Below the pieces are notes generated by a model. The model was not told the DNA's origin. It saw nothing but the letters and a program-made list of their open reading frames with translations, and did not search any database. From an uncultured Gemmatimonadales bacterium (GTDB lineage: Bacteria; Gemmatimonadota; Gemmatimonadetes; Gemmatimonadales; GWC2-71-9), in NCBI GenBank assembly GCA_963728705.1, contig CAVSLY010000011.1, positions 101,701 through 165,700 on the forward strand: 64,000 nucleotides of DNA. Reading direction: 5' to 3'. The position numbers were made by a program, and so were the translations under genes. This document shows positions 58,339 through 64,000 of the stretch, piece after piece. The first letter of the stretch is position 1. Each line of letters opens with the position of its first letter.

Positions 58339-59124
58339 GCGCGTGGAGCGCGGTCGTCGGCATCGTCGCGCGCGACCTCGCCCGCACGACGCGACAGACC
58401 AGCCGGCTCCTGGGCGGGCTCGCGCGGCCATTCATGTGGCTGCTGCTGGTCGGGAGCGGCTACAACGCCATCGCCAGGCTCGAGGGCGGGCTGCCGTATC
58501 AGGCGTTCGTGTTTCCCGGAATCGTGGTGATGGCGGCGCTCTTCGGGGCGATGCTCACCGCCATCGGAACCGTGTACGACCGCGAGTTCGGCATGCTGCG
58601 CCTGATGCTCGCGAGTCCCGCCGGCGTGCCGGCGGTGCTGACGGGGCGGGCCATCGCGGCCGCGCTGGTCGGCGTGCTCCAGGGTGGGATCGTGCTGGCC
58701 TGCGCGCCGCTGGTGCTGCCGGTGTCGCCGGGCGAACGTCGGTGCCGGGGCCGGCGCGCTGGTGCTCGCGGCCGGCGTGAGCGCCCTGCTGGGCCTGCTG
58801 GTGGCCGCGCGGCTCCGATCGGTCGAGAACTTCGCGGGGGTCATCAACGTGGTGCTGTTTCCGCTGCTGTTCGTGAGCGGCGCGCTGTACCCCACGGCCG
58901 GGATGCCGCCGGTGTTGCGCCTGCTCGCGCGGGCCAATCCCGTCACCTACCAGGTCGACCTGATGCGGCACGCGTTCGGGCAGCCCACCGAGTTCGCTGC
59001 GGGGACGGATGTGCTGGTGCTCGCGGGCGCGGCCGTGGTGGCGTTCGGCCTGACGGCGCTGCTGTTCGATCCGGAGCAGCGGTTCGTGAGGACGAGACGG
59101 GGAGGCGAGCGATCGTCATCCTGA
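58335..59124 (+). pseudogene. ABC-2-type transporter permease, one apparent frameshift
   Basis: ATG 58335 overlaps the ATPase stop (ATGA). TM-rich N-terminal half in ORF 58335..59480 and C-terminal half in ORF 58684..59124 (SVENFAGVINVVLFPLLFVSGALYP). Switch near 58735. The stop codon lies inside repeat copy C. Confidence 0.7.
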
Positions 59125-59200
59125 GCGGAGCGAAGGATCGGGTCGGTGGTGCGAGTGAGCGCCGAGCCTCACTTACATGCGTTGGCCGATCCAGGATGAC
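59115..59200. repeat. palindromic repeat element, copy C (right arm carries a 12-nt deletion)
   Basis: GTCATCCTGAGCGGAGCGAAGGATCGG...GGCCGATCC^AGGATGAC. The first 27 nt are identical to copy D, the core is similar, and the orientation is the same as D. Confidence 0.75.
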
Positions 59201-59967
59201 CCACATGGTCCAGCACGACATCCTGCTCCAGCCGCGACCGCAACGGGGCGCGCAACGGTCCACCCGCCGGGACCGACGTCTCGACCACGATGTGCCGCGT
59301 CCGCCGCAGGAGCCCCGTCGCCGCATCCCAATCCACCTGCCCCTCCTCGATCGTCTCTTGCCGCGCCGCGATGGCCGTCGTATCGCCGCGCACGGTGGCG
59401 CGACCTGGCCTCGCTGCGGGAACGGAGCGCGAGCCGGCGCACCGCCCGTCCACCCGCGAGGCTGTCGGGCAGCCGGGTGAGCTCCAGCCCCCTGCCATCG
59501 CGCCATTGCTCCCCAACCGTGAGCGCCGAGGGAGGCAGCGGCGGGAGCAGATCGTCCAGGGCGGCGCCGAGGTCGGACACCTCCGCCACCTCATCGGGCA
59601 CGAACGGTCGGGCGTCGGCCGTGTAGCGGCCCGCAGACGAAAGCGTCCCGCGGTAGCGACCGCCGAGCAGGCCGTCCGTGTCGGGCGCGAGCACCCCCTC
59701 CGGGCTCGTCCGCGAGAGCGCGAGCGAGTCGTACCACGCCTCGACGGAGATTCCCGCCGGTGCGGACCGTCCGCGCACGCGCCAGAGGCCGTCGCGCGTC
59801 AGCGTCTCCCGCCGGCGCCGGAGGCCGGTCTCAGCCTCGAGCACCGCACGCGAGTGCTCATGGAGCGAGACGCAGCGAAATTGCTCGGGGGTATAACGGA
59901 ATTCGGCCGGCGCTTGCGCGGCGCCGGGACTCGTTCCCACGCAGAGGGCGCACGCGACTAGTGTCAT
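59169..59967 (-). pseudogene. hypothetical protein bracketed by repeat copies C and D, one apparent frameshift
   Basis: ORF 59173..59967 (N-terminal part; its ATG lies inside repeat D; partial signal-peptide-like LVACALCVGTSPGAAQA) continues in ORF 59169..59594. Switch near 59430-59470. No family recognised. Confidence 0.4.
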
Positions 59968-60060
59968 CCTGAGCGGAGCGAAGGATCGGGCCGGTGGTGC
60001 GTGTGAGGCTAGTGCGTCACTCGCATGCGTCAGCCGATCCTTCGCTCCGCTCAGGATGAC
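59963..60060. repeat. palindromic repeat element, copy D (full length, 98 bp)
   Basis: GTCATCCTGAGCGGAGCGAAGGATCGG-core-CAGCCGATCCTTCGCTCCGCTCAGGATGAC. It exactly fills the gap between the pruA stop (60061) and the hypothetical gene start. Confidence 0.8.
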
Positions 60061-61690
<1,630 letters not shown>

Positions 61691-61758
61691 CGGGGCGTCC
61701 AGGCTCGGGGAACCTGGAAAATAATCGGATTGCGGCAGGGATTCGGCCTACGAAACCC

Positions 61759-62559
61759 TCAGAAGTCCCCCGACCACCCCACGCCCATCCCCGTCGGTGC
61801 CGCGACGACGGTCGGCGCCTTGACGCCGAAGATCCGCCACCGGCCTGACGCGAGCTTGGCGGACGTGATTCCCACCAGGGCGCCCGCTGCCACGTCGCTG
61901 AGCCAGTGGCGATTGTCGTTCACTCGCGACCAGGCGACGGCGGTGGCCATCCCGTAGAGGCCGACAGTGGCCCAGGGGTGGTGGATGTCGTCGGCGAGCG
62001 AGGTGGCGAGCGCGAAGGCCATGGCGGAGTGTCCCGACGGCAACGATGCCTGGCCGGAGAACGGCGCGTAGCCATCGGCGTCGAGGCTCTGCTCCGGACG
62101 CGGGCGCCCGAGGGCGTACTTTCCCGCCTGCACGGTGAGCCCGGCGAGCGCGAGCGAGGCCGCCAGGCGTCCGCCCGCCCGGGTGAGCTGCGGCCGGCCC
62201 GTGGCCAATCCGGCGGCCAGCAGCCCCACGGTCACGGTGCCGTACACCTCGGGCTGGCCGAAGTGCCGGACCACGCCGGCCACATTGTCGGCGCCGTTGC
62301 CATTGTTGTGCTGCGAGAAGCGCTGCACCGGATGGTCGAGCAGCATCAGGGTCGAAAGGCCGCCGACGGCCACCGCTCCGTGCCACCAGCGGATGGTATG
62401 GGGCGTTTGGGGGGCGGGCGCCATCGCCCCGGCGGGGATTTCCGGCAGCGTGTCGAGGGTCTGCGCGGCGAGCAGCGCTCGGCGTCGCGAGCAGTCCGAG
62501 CCAAAGCAGTGTGGTGCGAGCGCATGCCCGGACCTCCGCGTCGCTCCCGGGCGTGGCAC
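61759..62559 (-). CDS. PAP2-family phosphatase
   Basis: KYALGRPRP, PSGHS and SRVNDNRHWLSDV match the three PAP2 motifs. Start codon uncertain. Confidence 0.75.
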   Translation of the reverse strand: MPRPGATRRSGHALAPHCFGSDCSRRRALLAAQTLDTLPEIPAGAMAPAPQTPHTIRWWHGAVAVGGLSTLMLLDHPVQRFSQHNNGNGADNVAGVVRHFGQPEVYGTVTVGLLAAGLATGRPQLTRAGGRLAASLALAGLTVQAGKYALGRPRPEQSLDADGYAPFSGQASLPSGHSAMAFALATSLADDIHHPWATVGLYGMATAVAWSRVNDNRHWLSDVAAGALVGITSAKLASGRWRIFGVKAPTVVAAPTGMGVGWSGDF

Positions 62560-62622
62560 GGCGCCCCGGAGTGTGGTTACCTTCGGTCGTTCGTCGTTCG
62601 GGATCTCAGCTCGGGAGAGCAG

Positions 62623-63021
62623 ATGAATCGACGCTTCGGAGCCTGCCTCGCACTGCTGGCGCTGGTCTCATGCCGCAGCTACCAGTACGAGTCTCACATG
62701 ACCAGCCAGGACGGCCTCGTGCCACCGGACCAGTTCGCCCGTTACGGCAAGGAGCAGGCCGAGGCCGTGGCGATCGGCCGCGAGTACGGCAAAGCCGCAC
62801 AGGGAGACTCGCCCGAGGCGCTGGCCAAGCAGGCTGACGCCGCGATGGCCTACGCCCGCACACTGCCGGACGTCGCGACGATCGGCGCCGATCCGCAGGG
62901 CCACAGGCTCACGATCAGCTTCAAGAGCGGCTGGCGCGTGGGCGTACCTCCGATCGAGGACGGCAAGAGCGGATCGGAGACGGTCGGGCTCGGCGCACCG
63001 GCGGCCCCCGCCGCCAAGTGA
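62623..63021 (+). CDS. small lipoprotein, unknown function
   Basis: ATG 62623 gives MNRRFGACLALLALVSC (lipobox). 132 aa. Confidence 0.5.
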   Translation: MNRRFGACLALLALVSCRSYQYESHMTSQDGLVPPDQFARYGKEQAEAVAIGREYGKAAQGDSPEALAKQADAAMAYARTLPDVATIGADPQGHRLTISFKSGWRVGVPPIEDGKSGSETVGLGAPAAPAAK

Positions 63022-63094
63022 TGGACCGGCGGGGCGCTCGCGCCTCCCGACCTGCCGGAATGCTTGCGTCCCGCAATATACCGTCAAGAACGCC

Positions 63095-63436
63095 ATGACG
63101 AGCGTTGGTGGATGCTGCCAGGTGACCACGACGCTGCCCGAGCGCGCGTCCGCCGACCGGCTCGCCGCTGCGCTCGTCGAGGAGCGCTGGGCGGCCTGCG
63201 CCCAGGTGGTGGGGCCGGTGGAGAGCACTTACCGGTGGCAGGGGAAGGTCGAGCGCGCCACGGAGTGGTACTGCCACCTGAAGACGACGCTGGCCCGCGT
63301 GCCGGGTCTCGCGGTGCGGCTCCGCGAGCTGCATCCGTACGACACGCCCGAGATCGTCGCGATGGCTATCGTCGACGGTGATCCTGACTACCTGCGGTGG
63401 ATTGCGGACTCGGTGGGCGATCCTGTCGCCCAGTAG
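63095..63436 (+). CDS. cutA: divalent-cation tolerance protein CutA
   Basis: 113 aa. LVEERWAACAQVVGPVESTYRWQGKVE..ELHPYDTPEIV is typical of CutA1. Confidence 0.8.
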   Translation: MTSVGGCCQVTTTLPERASADRLAAALVEERWAACAQVVGPVESTYRWQGKVERATEWYCHLKTTLARVPGLAVRLRELHPYDTPEIVAMAIVDGDPDYLRWIADSVGDPVAQ

Positions 63437-63450
63437 GGGCGGACGACCTT

Positions 63451-63699
63451 CTAGCGGACCGGAGCCTGTGTGGCGAGGCGGGCCCGAACCGATTCGAACA
63501 ACCCCGCGGGTGCCGGGCAGGGCGCGGTGAGGGTGCGGACGATCACCAGCAGGAACGCGCGGTCGCAGCGGCATCGCGGATGACAGGTCGGGCAGTCGGC
63601 CAGATGGTGTCGAACCGCCGCGGCCTCTTCCGCCGCAAGCTCGTCATCCAGATATTCCCACAGTCGATCGATGACCTCTCGACATTCCATTCGCGTCAT
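63451..63699 (-). CDS. second RsrA-like ZAS anti-sigma factor, no adjacent sigma gene
   Basis: ATG 63699. 82 aa. CREVIDRLWEYLD..HHLADCPTC (H-x3-C-x2-C). Same length and layout as the gene at 23188..23436. Confidence 0.7.
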   Translation of the reverse strand: MTRMECREVIDRLWEYLDDELAAEEAAAVRHHLADCPTCHPRCRCDRAFLLVIVRTLTAPCPAPAGLFESVRARLATQAPVR

Positions 63700-63775
63700 C
63701 CCTCTCCAGGGCAGCGGCCATCCGGCCGGGGTACGCCCTGTTGAACAGCGCACCTCCGCCGGAGGTTCCTCTGGT

Positions 63776-64000
63776 ATGAGCCCGCGTGCCCGCAACGTGA
63801 CCCTCCTGGTCCTCATCGGCTTCGTCGCCTTTCTGCTGTGGTCCACCCTCTCGAGCCAGCGGGTCGAGTGCGCGGTCGCGGTAGAGTTCCAGGGGCAGTC
63901 TGGCTCGGCCACGGCGTCGGGCGCGTCGGAGGAGGATGCCGCCCGGGAGGCACAGACGGCGGCCTGCGGGCCGATCACAGGGTCCATGAATGACCGCGTC
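63776..64000 (+). CDS. hypothetical membrane-anchored protein, 3' end outside the window
   Basis: ATG 63776 sits 11 nt after GGAGG. MSPRARNVTLLVLIGFVAFLLWSTL... stays open to the window edge. Confidence 0.35.
   Translation, partial: MSPRARNVTLLVLIGFVAFLLWSTLSSQRVECAVAVEFQGQSGSATASGASEEDAAREAQTAACGPITGSMNDRV

Overview
This is a gene-dense, very GC-rich bacterial chromosome segment (about 70% GC by eye, not computed). PorV-like, GWxTD and T9SS-type sorting-domain proteins, an Oar-like TonB-dependent receptor and 'GTCATCCTGAGCG...' palindromic repeats suggest an FCB-group organism, possibly Gemmatimonadota; that placement is inference only. I recognised no rRNA, tRNA, CRISPR array, transposase, integrase or prophage genes.

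Content in order:
- nadB-nadA-nadC
- an APC permease
- ctaA/ctaB (heme A and heme O synthases)
- an MsbA-like ABC exporter
- a five-gene outer-membrane operon (TonB-dependent receptor, ~1,350-aa T9SS-CTD protein, PorV-like barrel, GWxTD protein, Ig/PPC lipoprotein)
- a V4R-like protein and an M24 peptidase
- a nine-gene translationally coupled operon: ECF sigma, RsrA-like anti-sigma, DUF92, lipoprotein, GGR-like flavoprotein, flavin reductase, methyltransferase, SRPBCC, KAS-II
- an aquaporin
- STAS, CheY-like receiver and ccmABCD
- a hypothetical-DsbA-VKOR-kup-kup operon
- OsmC, CDP-alcohol transferase, GalU-like and AdoMetDC-like genes
- a tandem M16 peptidase with a TPR protein
- a TetR-TolC-HlyD-MFS efflux operon
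- an NtrB/NtrC-type sigma54 two-component system
- an SGNH hydrolase
- pqqABCDE with a coupled ABC-2 exporter
- pruA, a PAP2 phosphatase, cutA and a second, orphan RsrA-like anti-sigma factor

Major caveat: many genes can only be read by switching frames. These apparent frameshifts cluster in two blocks (4.9-8.6 kb and 12.7-20.3 kb), while a 21-kb stretch elsewhere has none. This is either a local assembly or polishing artefact or real gene decay, and the sequence alone cannot decide.

Best candidates for undescribed biology:
1. The TonB-dependent receptor / T9SS-cargo / PorV / GWxTD operon.
2. The ABC-2 exporter translationally coupled to pqqE, a candidate PQQ exporter, behind a sigma54-type promoter next to an NtrC-type system.
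3. The ECF-sigma/ZAS-led operon ending in a lone ketosynthase.

All family calls come from motif recognition by eye. No database search was run.
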